Positions 46,663 to 57,633 of a stretch of 64,000 nucleotides of DNA are shown one piece after another. The notes under the pieces were generated by a model. It had not been told where the DNA came from, did not search any database, and saw only the letters and a list, made by a program, of their open reading frames with translations. The translations under genes and the position numbers were made by a program. Numbering within the stretch: the first letter of the stretch is position 1; each line of letters starts with the position of its first letter. Source of the stretch: a virus. Location of the stretch: positions 96,001 to 160,000 of IMG/VR virus record IMGVR_UViG_3300028920_000029; one strand, 5' to 3'.

Positions 46663-47787
46663 CTAATCCTCCAGTGCCTTTTTCGCCAAAATAAACCTGC
46701 GAAGTATTTTGTTGTCATCTTTTATTTCTCCAGCCACCTTAAGTGAGAAACCACTGTAGAGTAAGTACTTAATTTTTTTATCAAAGTTTTTATCTACTGT
46801 AGTTACATCTCCACTTTCCAATAAAAAATATCCTCCAGGATTTAGTAACCCTTTAACTTTATCACAAAACTCAATAAAAGTATACCTTGTATAAAAATCT
46901 ACTACTAACGAAAGTATGATATCATATTTAGCCGTAACGTTAAAATCTTCGAAGCTTATATTATATAGGGTACAGTTCGGTATATCTAGTATTCTTTTAG
47001 CCTCATTACCTACGCTTACAAGATCGGCGTTTATATCGATAGCGTCTACATGTTTTACATACCTACTTAACACTAGCGATATAAATCCCGTATTACACCC
47101 TATATCCAGTAGTTGCGAGTTAGCATTTATAACTGATTCTATACTGTACTTTTCCAACCTATGTAACGTAGAACGTTGACCAGTTAGTTTTAATAGCGGA
47201 CAGCTTTGATAAAAATCTCCACGACCTAATAATTGCTTTGAGGCTGTGTATGCCTCTTTTAAACTAATTATATCGGCCACTTTTTTCTTAGCAAAATCCT
47301 CGGATATACGATAGTTAAACTTAATCAGGTCCCACGTTTTGTTAACAAGATTAAGTTCTTTTGGTGAAAAGTTACGATTTTCAAACCAATCTATACCATA
47401 TCTCGGATCACCGTCTTCCCGAATAAGTATCTCAAACTTTGATACGTTAGCAAACAAAAGAATGCACGCAAGCCTGTGAGCGCCATCGATTACACGTAAA
47501 TGCTTGTTCACAATTATAGGAGACGCATAGTTATACCCGTTGGCTTGAATAGACCTAATGAGGAGTTTAAATTTTTTTACGTACATATCCGCATCATGAT
47601 CGGACATACCCAATCTTTCCTGCTGCATTTTTTTATATAAGGCTATTCCAGGACCTTGCGTTTTGCTTACTAGTTCTTCTGCTGCAAGGTATCGTACCGC
47701 AATATCATATCTGTTAAACGTGTATGCCCCTCCATCTTCAACAAATTGATCCAATAACAGCTGTCTCGGTGTTGTTAGTGCGTGCAC
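46663..47787 (-). CDS. ParB-like domain fused to class I SAM methyltransferase
   Basis: IDGAHRLA and LDIGCNTG. Confidence 0.7.
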   Translation of the reverse strand: MHALTTPRQLLLDQFVEDGGAYTFNRYDIAVRYLAAEELVSKTQGPGIALYKKMQQERLGMSDHDADMYVKKFKLLIRSIQANGYNYASPIIVNKHLRVIDGAHRLACILLFANVSKFEILIREDGDPRYGIDWFENRNFSPKELNLVNKTWDLIKFNYRISEDFAKKKVADIISLKEAYTASKQLLGRGDFYQSCPLLKLTGQRSTLHRLEKYSIESVINANSQLLDIGCNTGFISLVLSRYVKHVDAIDINADLVSVGNEAKRILDIPNCTLYNISFEDFNVTAKYDIILSLVVDFYTRYTFIEFCDKVKGLLNPGGYFLLESGDVTTVDKNFDKKIKYLLYSGFSLKVAGEIKDDNKILRRFILAKKALED

Positions 47788-48716
47788 TAGTTTTCTCCTT
47801 GTTTAAGTATATTGTCATAAATTTTTTCATATTCTGCAACTATGTCTTTTGGGTTCCAATATTTTCGCATCCACTCTTTATTTTTCTTTCCCCTATGTAT
47901 AAGATTTTTTCTTCCTAAACCAACCAAACCATTTAAGTGACCCTCTAAATCATCAAGCCAAACGTTATCTACGGGTAACATGTCACTTCCAGAAACTTTC
48001 TTAAATATTGATTCTACCTCGTCATCCATGGAGCAAATAGTTACGGCTCCCTGCGCTAAACCTTCAAGCGTACATCTATGATAGCTTTTTGTTACACACT
48101 CATCTATGTGGATTACACATACGGATTTTCGACGCATACACATCTCAAAACTAGTATTACTTATAATATCTATTTCAACATTATTAAACTTACGTACCAT
48201 ATTATCAAGAATTTGTTTTGTCTCTGGAACCGCTTTACTTGAGTAGGTTCTATTTCCTCTTGGTAATAGTGTGGACGGAGAAAACGCTATTCTTATGTTT
48301 GTAGATTTATCAACATACTTGTACAATTCGTCATCCAAGTCTATAATATTTCTGACCCACAAACAATTCTTATACTCTGGTAGTGTCGCGTGGAATTGTG
48401 CTATTACTAATTTTGTGTAGGGAAACTCTAATTGTGTAACCTGCCCAACGCTATGATACTGAATGACCTGAGGTTTTGTCGTTTTTAAAAACTTGTTGTG
48501 GAAATGTACTATACTATACTTGTTAAAATTAGTATCCTTTAGTATTGGTATGTCTTTTCTTGGTATAGAATTTGACCTATCGCCGCCATAGAATTCATTT
48601 TCGTTTGGGCTAATCAACACTGCGCGGTATCTGTCGCTATACTTATTTATACACTGTACTAAGGCATCTGGTGCCCACGCTATAGGCGTCTCTTTGTAGT
48701 GTGCAACGGTTAACAC
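47787..48716 (-). CDS. putative GT-B glycosyltransferase
   Basis: C-terminal LEGLAQG...YEKIY pattern; cluster context. Confidence 0.5.
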   Translation of the reverse strand: MLTVAHYKETPIAWAPDALVQCINKYSDRYRAVLISPNENEFYGGDRSNSIPRKDIPILKDTNFNKYSIVHFHNKFLKTTKPQVIQYHSVGQVTQLEFPYTKLVIAQFHATLPEYKNCLWVRNIIDLDDELYKYVDKSTNIRIAFSPSTLLPRGNRTYSSKAVPETKQILDNMVRKFNNVEIDIISNTSFEMCMRRKSVCVIHIDECVTKSYHRCTLEGLAQGAVTICSMDDEVESIFKKVSGSDMLPVDNVWLDDLEGHLNGLVGLGRKNLIHRGKKNKEWMRKYWNPKDIVAEYEKIYDNILKQGEN

Positions 48717-48728
48717 TTTGTATCTCCT

Positions 48729-49424
48729 TTAATTTTTTCGTTGCCCATCATTAAGCTCCTCCTTTAGTCCGTTAATTTGTTCCAGTATTGTATATTTTCT
48801 ATACCCATCTCGTATATAACTATATCCGTATCTTTGACCAACTAAGGGAGGATTTATTACGTATGACTTTCCTCTGGGATGTACATGATCCCCTAAAATT
48901 GTATCAATTGCCACATTATAACTACTACACGCATTCATGGCAATATCATAACATGAGTTGTGAATTAAGTATGCGTGAGTACACAAGGTTCTTGATGTCT
49001 TAAATACCTGATTATTATCTGTTTCTTGTAGCGTATTCCACCACGATGTACCTCCTAGATAAAACATCTCCCATTGGTGAGTACTTATAAAGTTGCGTAC
49101 AACATCTAAGTGGTTATTGAAGTGATCAAATATTTTTAGGTCGTCTTCAAACACGCAGATATACTCTAAGTTTCGCTCCTTTGCTAAGCTAACTATTTTA
49201 TGGTGTCCCATTCTACACCCAGCGTCTCTATCCTCTGTGGTTTTACCGCCGTTAATTATTACTCCCTGTATTTCCTCAAACTTTATGTCGGGAATTTTTC
49301 CTATTTCTTTTTCAAAATCATTCCATCTTTCTTCTTTGAGGGTATCTAGTGTCAGTACAAACGTGTTCTCAAATAAATTTTCCATACAATTACTCCTATA
49401 ATGTTCCATATTCAAACGCGTCAA
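48729..49424 (-). CDS. glycosyltransferase family 25-like
   Basis: GCRMGH, VFEDD, YLGG, THAY. Confidence 0.75.
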   Translation of the reverse strand: MTRLNMEHYRSNCMENLFENTFVLTLDTLKEERWNDFEKEIGKIPDIKFEEIQGVIINGGKTTEDRDAGCRMGHHKIVSLAKERNLEYICVFEDDLKIFDHFNNHLDVVRNFISTHQWEMFYLGGTSWWNTLQETDNNQVFKTSRTLCTHAYLIHNSCYDIAMNACSSYNVAIDTILGDHVHPRGKSYVINPPLVGQRYGYSYIRDGYRKYTILEQINGLKEELNDGQRKN

Positions 49425-50136
49425 ACGTAGGATTCTTACTTATATTAAGTATTTTTAAACCCTTACGTTTGGCGTGCTCGTTTAATATTTTAAAATTTTC
49501 TACTATTATATGTCTGTGAGGAACAAACCCCTTCCATCCAGGAACATTTGGTATTTCCAATATATTATTACCAGCATACCCATACGCGTAGTCCAACTCA
49601 ACGCCAACCACATATATTGGATTGCACAGCATAAGAATTGCAAAAGAAATGCAGTGTTCTATAACAGTGTATACCGCGGTATTTCTTTCACTATACCCAG
49701 TAAATTTTTGGACCTCCTCTTGTATTGTAAGTCTACCAGGTATTCTTCGGGCGCAACAATCGTACACCTTACATAAGTCTTTGTGTAAAGGTCTATCTGT
49801 GAAATGTCTTTCATCAAATTGAAGATAGTCCACCTTTAGAAGTTTTTCAGCTTCTTCTCTCGGAGTTTGGTCAACTGATTCAGCGTAAAAAACTGGTACC
49901 CCTCTAGAGTTTATTACTTCATGTAGGTTTTTTATGGTATTGACGTTGTTAGATAACATCCAATAGTGCATATTTACGTCGGTAAGTTTGTACCACTGGT
50001 TACAGGACATCATAATATACTTACTTCTGTACTCCTTTAGCTTATCTAAATGTGGGTTTAAGCTAGGCCCTAACCCCATAATAAAGCAAGGCTTATTTTT
50101 ATGCTTACCCAGTATATCTTTAATTTGAAGTTTCAT
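49396..50136 (-). CDS. DUF115/Maf-like (sialyltransferase-related) protein
   Basis: FIMGLGPSL, SCN, PIYVVGVE. Confidence 0.6.
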   Translation of the reverse strand: MKLQIKDILGKHKNKPCFIMGLGPSLNPHLDKLKEYRSKYIMMSCNQWYKLTDVNMHYWMLSNNVNTIKNLHEVINSRGVPVFYAESVDQTPREEAEKLLKVDYLQFDERHFTDRPLHKDLCKVYDCCARRIPGRLTIQEEVQKFTGYSERNTAVYTVIEHCISFAILMLCNPIYVVGVELDYAYGYAGNNILEIPNVPGWKGFVPHRHIIVENFKILNEHAKRKGLKILNISKNPTFDAFEYGTL

Positions 50137-51035
50137 TTAAGTATATCCTCCAACGTATGTATTACGTCGTACTTTTGTAGTAATAAGCGCTTTGCAGCTC
50201 GAATATGCTCTATTCTATGTTCCCACTCCTTGTCTTTTATGGCCTTTTCTATGGTACCCATTATGTCCTGCGGAGTACTATTTTCTTTTAGGCGAATAAA
50301 GGATTTTTCTGGTATAAACTTTTCAAGGTTTGGCGCTCCCCAATATATGGGGAGGCACTCACTAATTATGGCATCCCAAAATTTTTCGGAAAACCAATTA
50401 CCTTCAAAAGTATTTTCTATAACCAGTGTATATTTATACGTATTAAGGACGTCATGCTTATTTGGTATGTCTTTATCCTTCCATTGCTTGTACGCCGATA
50501 TATTTTTATGTACACATGAATACCTTTTTCCGCCGTATAGGTCATAATCAAAGTTTGAATCGTGCATCGCGTCAAGTAACCTTAGTCTTAGAGCATGGCC
50601 TGAATAGGTATTCCATAATGAGGTTATAAAACATAGTCGATCCTGTCTTTCCTCTTTATTTGGAATCGTCGCACAAGGTTTAAAACACTCTCCTTTTACA
50701 TCATAGTATGGAAATACTATCGGTCTGTTTCTCTCCATATCAAAAAACTTATATATAGTATTATCTAGATAAGCTTTATCTGCCCACTTACCCCACATTT
50801 TATGTCGTTCTGGGGGCTCGTATTGGTGAAGAATAACTTTTTTTAAATTTAAATCCTTTTCTTTTACACTTCCCCTATTGCCCACACAGTTTGTAACGAC
50901 AACAAAATCGGCGTTTTTGTGGAACGGAACCGCAGTAATCTTATTGCTATTATACAGCGAATATATCTTCTCTATATACTTCGTGTAGAAAATATCTGTT
51001 GATGTCCAATCTGGTACATGACAAATTTTTATCAC
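50133..51035 (-). CDS. glycosyltransferase family 10 (fucosyltransferase-like)
   Basis: YKYTLVIEN..WFSEKFWDA..PIYWG. Confidence 0.8.
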   Translation of the reverse strand: MIKICHVPDWTSTDIFYTKYIEKIYSLYNSNKITAVPFHKNADFVVVTNCVGNRGSVKEKDLNLKKVILHQYEPPERHKMWGKWADKAYLDNTIYKFFDMERNRPIVFPYYDVKGECFKPCATIPNKEERQDRLCFITSLWNTYSGHALRLRLLDAMHDSNFDYDLYGGKRYSCVHKNISAYKQWKDKDIPNKHDVLNTYKYTLVIENTFEGNWFSEKFWDAIISECLPIYWGAPNLEKFIPEKSFIRLKENSTPQDIMGTIEKAIKDKEWEHRIEHIRAAKRLLLQKYDVIHTLEDILK

Positions 51036-51862
51036 TGCTTATCCTCCAATATAAGGCTGTAGTCTCTTTCTTCGTGCACCGAAGTTGGTGTGTGGCCATA
51101 AAAGTTTTTGGTATCTATTTTGTACCCCTTTAAATACTTATCATTTAATGTAGTTAGAGAAAACTCCTCATTAGTTCCGTGAGGTGTATACCCCCGTTGC
51201 GTAAGGTTGTTTGGAACTGTCATCAAACACGTATGTAAATCAGAAACCATCATAGGTTTTTCTGAGGTACGTTTACCATTCATCTGTCCTTCCAACGCAT
51301 TTGGATGTTCAAAGTTTAATGTATTAACTATTTTAGTAAAATACTCCCTCTTATATATGTGGGAATCTACAGCGTGTGGATAACCCCACTCACCTCGCGG
51401 GTCCGACGATCTCCAGTCCCACTTTAAAAAGTCTTTTTCTTCGCAAAAACTTGGCGTAGTTACCTTTATTCCTGCAGAATGACTGTACGTAAGCTGCTTA
51501 CTCATGCGAAGTGACACACACGTTACGTCATCGGTATAGGCTTGTAACAGCAAACTAATATTGGGTTGTCGAATTACTACGCAATCGTCAACAAACCCAA
51601 TAATATATTCCCCAGAAAACGACTTCAACATAGCCAAAACCTGAGGTTTAAACTCGCTTTCTTTTATCCACGTAACTGTTAGATTTTTATTGCTAGCGTA
51701 TGTATTTATGAGCTTATCATACCCAAGTTTAAATTGGTCATTAGAATACGTATATATAATACTAACTTCGGATATTTCTTTAAAGTTATCCTGTATACTT
51801 TGTAATAGTAAACTTAACTGCATGGCTCTATCTTTTGAAAATACAAACGCGTCTATACTCAT
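51032..51862 (-). CDS. GT-A fold glycosyltransferase
   Basis: FSKDRAMQL, FVDD. Confidence 0.6.
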   Translation of the reverse strand: MSIDAFVFSKDRAMQLSLLLQSIQDNFKEISEVSIIYTYSNDQFKLGYDKLINTYASNKNLTVTWIKESEFKPQVLAMLKSFSGEYIIGFVDDCVVIRQPNISLLLQAYTDDVTCVSLRMSKQLTYSHSAGIKVTTPSFCEEKDFLKWDWRSSDPRGEWGYPHAVDSHIYKREYFTKIVNTLNFEHPNALEGQMNGKRTSEKPMMVSDLHTCLMTVPNNLTQRGYTPHGTNEEFSLTTLNDKYLKGYKIDTKNFYGHTPTSVHEERDYSLILEDKQ

Positions 51863-52683
51863 TTTAGCTCCTTTAACGTTACATCCAATTTATCTATATC
51901 TCCACAATCGGTGTGTAATGCAAAATCGAACGCGCGGGTTACCATACTCTCATACTTATCTCTAGGAAAACTTATAAGATACTCAGATAGTTTGTCGACG
52001 CTATCGAATTTTCTATAGTCTATAAACAACTCTGATGGAACATACTCTTCTATATTATAGCATCCATAGTAAATGGGTACGACCTTAGCCCGAAAGGCAT
52101 CAAATATTTTTTCTGTGATATACCCATTTGAGTGTTCGGAATGGTAACAATTTTCAAAGCTTAGGTTATACATATATTTATCTAGCGTTTGTAACTTTGA
52201 CACAGAGCCTGGAAATGTCTCCTCTTTAGTCTCTCCAACAACCCCCTTATATAATTGTTCTCCATAAGGAATTTTTCCGTAGCAATCAGCAACTAATTTC
52301 TTACTTAGCTTTTTCATGGTATCAAGTCGAAGGTGCGTTATGTCTCCGTTACTATGAGTTGATTTTCTATGCCTACACAGTAATATTACCCCTAAAATTT
52401 TTTTGTCATACGGAGTATAATTATCCAATGTGTTGGTATATGGAATTGGAAATCCGTGAATTTTTACCACATTAAAGTTACGCTTGTACTTAATATACAA
52501 TACGTTATTCCAAGTTATGATACCCTTATACCGCTGCCAAATACTCGTATCGTAGAGCTGAGGCGATACTGCCATACACTCAACCAAAAACAAATACTTG
52601 TTCTTACTTCTGCATTGTGGGGTATCCCCAAAACAAACGTGAGGATTCTCCTCTATTAACTGTTTCCATCTATCGACTATCAT
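51859..52683 (-). CDS. glycosyltransferase family 10
   Basis: YNLSFEN..GYITEKIFDA..VPIYYG. Confidence 0.8.
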   Translation of the reverse strand: MIVDRWKQLIEENPHVCFGDTPQCRSKNKYLFLVECMAVSPQLYDTSIWQRYKGIITWNNVLYIKYKRNFNVVKIHGFPIPYTNTLDNYTPYDKKILGVILLCRHRKSTHSNGDITHLRLDTMKKLSKKLVADCYGKIPYGEQLYKGVVGETKEETFPGSVSKLQTLDKYMYNLSFENCYHSEHSNGYITEKIFDAFRAKVVPIYYGCYNIEEYVPSELFIDYRKFDSVDKLSEYLISFPRDKYESMVTRAFDFALHTDCGDIDKLDVTLKELK

Positions 52684-53333
52684 TAGTTTTCCTTAGTTAA
52701 CGATACTAATGTACCGTGATTACTATGCTTGGACGTTTTTTGTACGGAGCACTGCACTCCCATCCGCTTACATACGTCATGTATTATAGATTCGTATTCG
52801 TGGTCTCTGGGATTTTCTAGTACTAATATGTAGCGGTTAGATAATTGTACCATATTCTCTACGAAAGTTACAACCTTTTTTGTACTTAGGTGCATCAACA
52901 CCGCCTGCGTATATACGAAGTCAAATTTCTTTTTAAAATGTTTGTGCGCCCCAACGACAGACATATCTAACACAGTTATATTCTTCAATACACTTTCCGA
53001 TATACCGAGTTTTGTTCTGCCAAAATCTATTTGGGACTGCAAAAGTTCACACCCGCATAAATCCAACTTATTATTTATTGTATATAGATTTTGAAGATGT
53101 TGACCAGACCCACACCCACACTCAAGAACACTAGATACTCCAGTTCTTACAACTTGGTAATATAGCTCCTTCCAGTTTGCGCACAAGTTATCATAAAACT
53201 TAATATCGTTATCTGCTACAGAAAAGTCCTTAAGTAGCAGCTCCCTAACGGGCTTTATTTCTTCAAGAATTTGTTTTGAGTACTGATTTGTGTACTCTTC
53301 CCATTTATAATCGTCACTTAACTTTTCTTTCAT
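52683..53333 (-). CDS. class I SAM methyltransferase
   Basis: VLECGCGSG, FDFVYTQAVLMHL. Confidence 0.8.
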   Translation of the reverse strand: MKEKLSDDYKWEEYTNQYSKQILEEIKPVRELLLKDFSVADNDIKFYDNLCANWKELYYQVVRTGVSSVLECGCGSGQHLQNLYTINNKLDLCGCELLQSQIDFGRTKLGISESVLKNITVLDMSVVGAHKHFKKKFDFVYTQAVLMHLSTKKVVTFVENMVQLSNRYILVLENPRDHEYESIIHDVCKRMGVQCSVQKTSKHSNHGTLVSLTKEN

Positions 53334-53337
53334 TTAC

Positions 53338-54012
53338 TTACCTCCAACTCCACGAGTTTACATAACTAACTAAATCATCTTTGGGCAATTTTTGAATTTT
53401 TAGTCTCTCTGCCCTATTACTATGATAGTACTTATTGCCGAACATACCTTCATATTTTCTTGGGTGGTATAAATGAAATAGCTTTCCAGGTAATTTTTCT
53501 ACCTTACCGCCTAATTTTACGACTCTATCTATGCGCTCTAAATCTTCTTCTCCCCACTGTACCATATTTTCATTTTCACCGCCCATACTAAGATATTGTT
53601 TTCTATTAACAAAAACGCACCCTCCAACAGAATCATTGTGCAATGATAAACTTTCTAGTTTTAACTTATCCAGTGATGATAGCGGTTCTCTTTTCTTATC
53701 CCTCGGCACATCTAAAAATTCTCCGCCGTACGGAACCACAATAGTTGTGCCCTTTAAACACATATCAATTGCCTCGCGCATACTTTCTAACGCAATAAGC
53801 GCGTCAGTATCCATTAGGCATGCCACTGGAGTGGTGGCTTTGTTAAGCATACTGTTTAAATATCTCGTTCGGTGAAACGGGCGTTCTGTAACCTCATGTA
53901 CCATAACCTCTTCGTGTAGTTTAGCCAGGTGAGCCTTAACTATTTCTAAATTTTCTTTTCTGTCCTCGCTATCTTGTTTGTATGGTATACAAAACGTACA
54001 CGTTTTACTCAC
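53338..54012 (-). CDS. galactosyltransferase-like (GT2/GT7 C-domain)
   Basis: DTD, GGENE..WGEED, HLYH. Confidence 0.75.
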   Translation of the reverse strand: MSKTCTFCIPYKQDSEDRKENLEIVKAHLAKLHEEVMVHEVTERPFHRTRYLNSMLNKATTPVACLMDTDALIALESMREAIDMCLKGTTIVVPYGGEFLDVPRDKKREPLSSLDKLKLESLSLHNDSVGGCVFVNRKQYLSMGGENENMVQWGEEDLERIDRVVKLGGKVEKLPGKLFHLYHPRKYEGMFGNKYYHSNRAERLKIQKLPKDDLVSYVNSWSWR

Positions 54013-54013
54013 C

Positions 54014-55885
54014 TTACACTCCCAAGTACCAATCTTTGTGCTTATCTTTTATATAAGACTTTATGGCATCTAAGTTTTTGTCGGCAACCGTTGTCCTGCT
54101 TGAACCCTTAACTCTCCAAAACAAGGAGGATTCTAAACACTTACCAATTCTCTTAGTTCGCTTAGCTATCCTTAACCAAAACTCGTAGTCTTCCCAGCCT
54201 AATGACATACCTTCATCAAAGCCTCCAACCTTTTCCCACAGTGATTTCCTAAACATAGCCGAACAGTTAATAAACGGCCCTTTCCGTATCTTCTCCTCTG
54301 AGTATTCTGGCCAATCATAAATCTTATCCGACGAATCAAAACATGTGGAGCTAGTATAAGATACGTCCAGGTTATTGCTTGTAATGTTGTTATAGTTAGC
54401 TTTTAGATAGTTAGTCGGCAATATGTCATCCCCATCCACGCACACTATAAACTTATATTTAGCCTCACTAATACCTCGGTTTCTTGCAGCAGATACTCCC
54501 ATATTCTTATCTTGTTTTAACAGTCTTATATCCATATCTTTTTCTTTGTCTATGTAGTTTTGTATAACCTCCACAGACTTATCGGTAGACGCGTCGTCAA
54601 CCACTATAACTTCGAACTCCATTGTTTTAGAGTTAGCTTTTATAGACTGCAAAGTTTCCTCTATGTATTTCTCCTGATTAAAACACGGAACAACAACGGA
54701 TATTTTATCAACTTGGGGCTTGGATATTACCATAGAAGATATACCTTTCTTTAGCTTTTCATCTACTATCTTCTTATACCAATTAGCTGTTTGCTTGGCC
54801 ATTATCCTTTGATCAAACTTTCTCTTTACCAACTCTTTCCCAGCCATACCTATGCGTTTTCGAAGGGCTTTATCCTGTATAAGTTTTTCCAAAGCCTTAA
54901 CCCATCTCAGATGGCACTTTCCTTTTGGAGAAACTAACAGTCCATCCTGGCCATCTGTTATTGTCCTATTATACGCAGGAACGTCTGACGCGATAACTGG
55001 TATACCTAATCCAGCCATCTCTATATATTTAAGATTGGATTTGTTAGAGTTAAACTCGGAATCCTTTAACGGACACAGCCCTATGTCTATGTTATATAAC
55101 CTACTGTAGTGTTCGTATAAGTTCTTCGTCCAGTCAAATCTTTGAAACCTGTCTGGCGGTAAGTCGTTAAACCCTTCAAAGGTTCCAAACCCACCAAATA
55201 GAAACTTAACTTTTGGGTACTTATTAAGTATCTCCTTTATTGCAGATATTATTTGTTGTAGGTCCTCGCCGTGGCTATGCCCTCCAGTCCATCCTATAAC
55301 TACATCATCTGTCTCGTAGTTTCTTGGTAGATCATTAAGGTTTCCATATATGCTAAGGTCTATTCCATTTGGAATAACTCTAACATTTTTATTCTTGTTT
55401 TGTAAAGTTGTCTTAAGTACATCCGTACTTACTGTGACATAGTCTGCGGCCTTAGTCATATTATTAAGAACACGTTGAGCATCTGCATTCATAAAAGCAT
55501 CATAAGCGGGGTTGTCTGGAGCCAGATTCGACAAGTCATCGTCCAGTTCAAACGTATATACGATATTAGGATTCTGTTCTTGCATCACCTGGTAAATGTG
55601 AGGCTCATAAACTCTCTGAGTACCTATTATTTTAAAGTGGGGATTTTGGTATAGCTGTGCTGAACACCAGTTAGTTATGGTTATGTTAATATCATCGTAG
55701 TGTTCGGTATTTATTGCCCAGGCTAACTGAAGTAATCTATACCATCCGCACGCATTTATACTACTTAGTATATATAAAACCTGCATAGCTTTTGGATTAC
55801 TCTTTAGTATTCCTGGTGCTATGGTTGCTGTTCTACTCTTATCAAACAACACTGTCCAATCTCTTAAGAATTGAAAGTCCATCAT
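54014..55885 (-). CDS. GT4-GT2 fusion glycosyltransferase
   Basis: ELDD..KSNLKYIE..GIPVIASD, then VVVPCFN..VDDASTD..DGDD..WEDY. Confidence 0.85.
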   Translation of the reverse strand: MMDFQFLRDWTVLFDKSRTATIAPGILKSNPKAMQVLYILSSINACGWYRLLQLAWAINTEHYDDINITITNWCSAQLYQNPHFKIIGTQRVYEPHIYQVMQEQNPNIVYTFELDDDLSNLAPDNPAYDAFMNADAQRVLNNMTKAADYVTVSTDVLKTTLQNKNKNVRVIPNGIDLSIYGNLNDLPRNYETDDVVIGWTGGHSHGEDLQQIISAIKEILNKYPKVKFLFGGFGTFEGFNDLPPDRFQRFDWTKNLYEHYSRLYNIDIGLCPLKDSEFNSNKSNLKYIEMAGLGIPVIASDVPAYNRTITDGQDGLLVSPKGKCHLRWVKALEKLIQDKALRKRIGMAGKELVKRKFDQRIMAKQTANWYKKIVDEKLKKGISSMVISKPQVDKISVVVPCFNQEKYIEETLQSIKANSKTMEFEVIVVDDASTDKSVEVIQNYIDKEKDMDIRLLKQDKNMGVSAARNRGISEAKYKFIVCVDGDDILPTNYLKANYNNITSNNLDVSYTSSTCFDSSDKIYDWPEYSEEKIRKGPFINCSAMFRKSLWEKVGGFDEGMSLGWEDYEFWLRIAKRTKRIGKCLESSLFWRVKGSSRTTVADKNLDAIKSYIKDKHKDWYLGV

Positions 55886-56471
55886 TTTTTATTCTTAGCC
55901 CCTTTTGACTCATAAAACGTGAGTATCCTATACACCGAGTTCATAGTCTTTGTGAGCATATCTGGAGATACTTCAAAGTTTCTGGCCCAAACTGGCTTTA
56001 ATGCCTTCGGGTGTACCCCAGCAAAACTTACGTCATACTTAGTTGTTTCTGGTGAGTATGTTATGTAGTGCTGTACCTGTAATCCATTATCTACCGAAAA
56101 TGCTAATAGGCACTTCATAGCATACATATTATAAAACAACGTTTGAGGTTCAGATTTTTCTTCTACCGCCTCTTCTTTGCCTATTTTTTCTTTTTCCACA
56201 ACACCCTCCTTTTAAGGCTGAAACTAATTTATTAACTTCTTTTTCATCTAAGCAAACCGCATCTGTATACGGATGCCCAGTTGTGATTGTGTTCCATATA
56301 CACCTAAGAACAAACTTAATATCATAACCTCTACTACGCTTATGTCCGTAACCATAAAAACTCATATAAGCTTCTTTAGTTTCTGGATCCTTTTCAATCG
56401 CTATAATGTGACACCCACAAGAGCACCTTATAAATTTTGACTGTAGTTGTTTTACGGAATACATATTGTTT

Positions 56472-56801
56472 TTACTCACTTTTCTCTCCCATGATCTTAA
56501 TATTTTCTATCCCGTACTCCTTCATAACTCGTTTGCAGTCATCACAACAATACCAATGACCAAATAAATACAAAGTACCTCCTCTTGCCCCATCTCCAGC
56601 AGCCTTACAAGCCATTACCTCGGCGTGCCCTTCTTGCTCACATACCGTTTTACATAACTCGTATCCCTCACCAGTTTTGCATCCTTGAATATCCCTAGGA
56701 CAGACCGCAACGTAGTTCTTACAATTATTTCTGCCTACCCAAAACTTACCGTCGTTCTCTATTATGGCTAGGGTTTGCTGCTTTTTACAGGTATAGCTCA
56801 T
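56472..56801 (-). CDS. cytidine/dCMP deaminase-like Zn protein
   Basis: GHAE...CCDDC. Confidence 0.7.
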   Translation of the reverse strand: MSYTCKKQQTLAIIENDGKFWVGRNNCKNYVAVCPRDIQGCKTGEGYELCKTVCEQEGHAEVMACKAAGDGARGGTLYLFGHWYCCDDCKRVMKEYGIENIKIMGEKSE

Positions 56802-57103
56802 TTCTTTTTACCTTTTAGTTCGAACCATAGTAGAAATAATATGCAACATCCACAGTGGGCTAAGTGACTAATGGATGTCTCAGGATCCGTTTTTTCTCCC
56901 ATCTTCCATGCAGTCAGGTGTCTAAAGAGGGCATTAAAGTACCTCTCTTTTGCGTCAGGTACATATTGCCAATTATCTTTACTATATTTTTTTGCCCCAA
57001 AAGTAAGCACTTTTACTATTTCCTGTAAAGGCTCAAACGGTAGTAAGCCCCACATCGGCTTACTCTTATCAAGCTTCCTTCCCCGCGATTTTTTCTTTTT
57101 CAT
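56798..57103 (-). CDS. dATP/dGTP diphosphohydrolase domain protein (DUF5664)
   Basis: GRKLD..VLTFGAKKY..NW..DPET..HLAH. Confidence 0.85.
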   Translation of the reverse strand: MKKKKSRGRKLDKSKPMWGLLPFEPLQEIVKVLTFGAKKYSKDNWQYVPDAKERYFNALFRHLTAWKMGEKTDPETSISHLAHCGCCILFLLWFELKGKKK

Positions 57104-57107
57104 AACG

Positions 57108-57362
57108 TTAGCCCTCCTTCACTTTTATTAAGCCAGCCTGGTCAAACTCATATATTACATTTCTTGGTGCGGGCGGATCTTTTCGCATCACAAGTCCCAT
57201 GTAAGTAATCCCAGGATTCTCGTCAATAAACTTCTTTATTTTTGGATACCACTCCATAAAACATTCTTTGCATATTCTCTTCTCTTTAGTTACTTTACCA
57301 CAAATGGTACAGTTTCTCATATCAATTTGTAAGTCTTTTGAATCTATCTTACTATCGTCCAC
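57108..57362 (-). CDS. Zn-finger/HTH protein resembling flagellar-operon YvyF
   Basis: MRNCTICGK..ICKEC..IKKFIDENPG..I.EF..AGLI. Confidence 0.45.
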   Translation of the reverse strand: MDDSKIDSKDLQIDMRNCTICGKVTKEKRICKECFMEWYPKIKKFIDENPGITYMGLVMRKDPPAPRNVIYEFDQAGLIKVKEG

Positions 57363-57633
57363 GTTTCTTACCCCACAATATAAAAGCGGTAACTAATAGC
57401 ATACACGCAAATATGTTAACTATAAGATTAAAAATTATAGGTTTCTTGGGAGCTGCTGTAGCCACGTATACTAGCATAAGAAACTCCCCTAACCACCACC
57501 ATAATACAAACACCAGAGATAACCCGTCAACATTCTTAACTTTATATGTATGAATAACTTGTGGGAGGCCACACGTAGCCAACAAAACTCCCCCAATCCA
57601 TCCTATAAGTTCAACGAGATCCATTAGTTCCAC
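57352..57633 (-). CDS. PQ-loop (SemiSWEET-like) membrane protein
   Basis: GWIG..LPQVIHTYK.KNVDGLS, 3 TM. Confidence 0.8.
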   Translation of the reverse strand: MELMDLVELIGWIGGVLLATCGLPQVIHTYKVKNVDGLSLVFVLWWWLGEFLMLVYVATAAPKKPIIFNLIVNIFACMLLVTAFILWGKKRGR

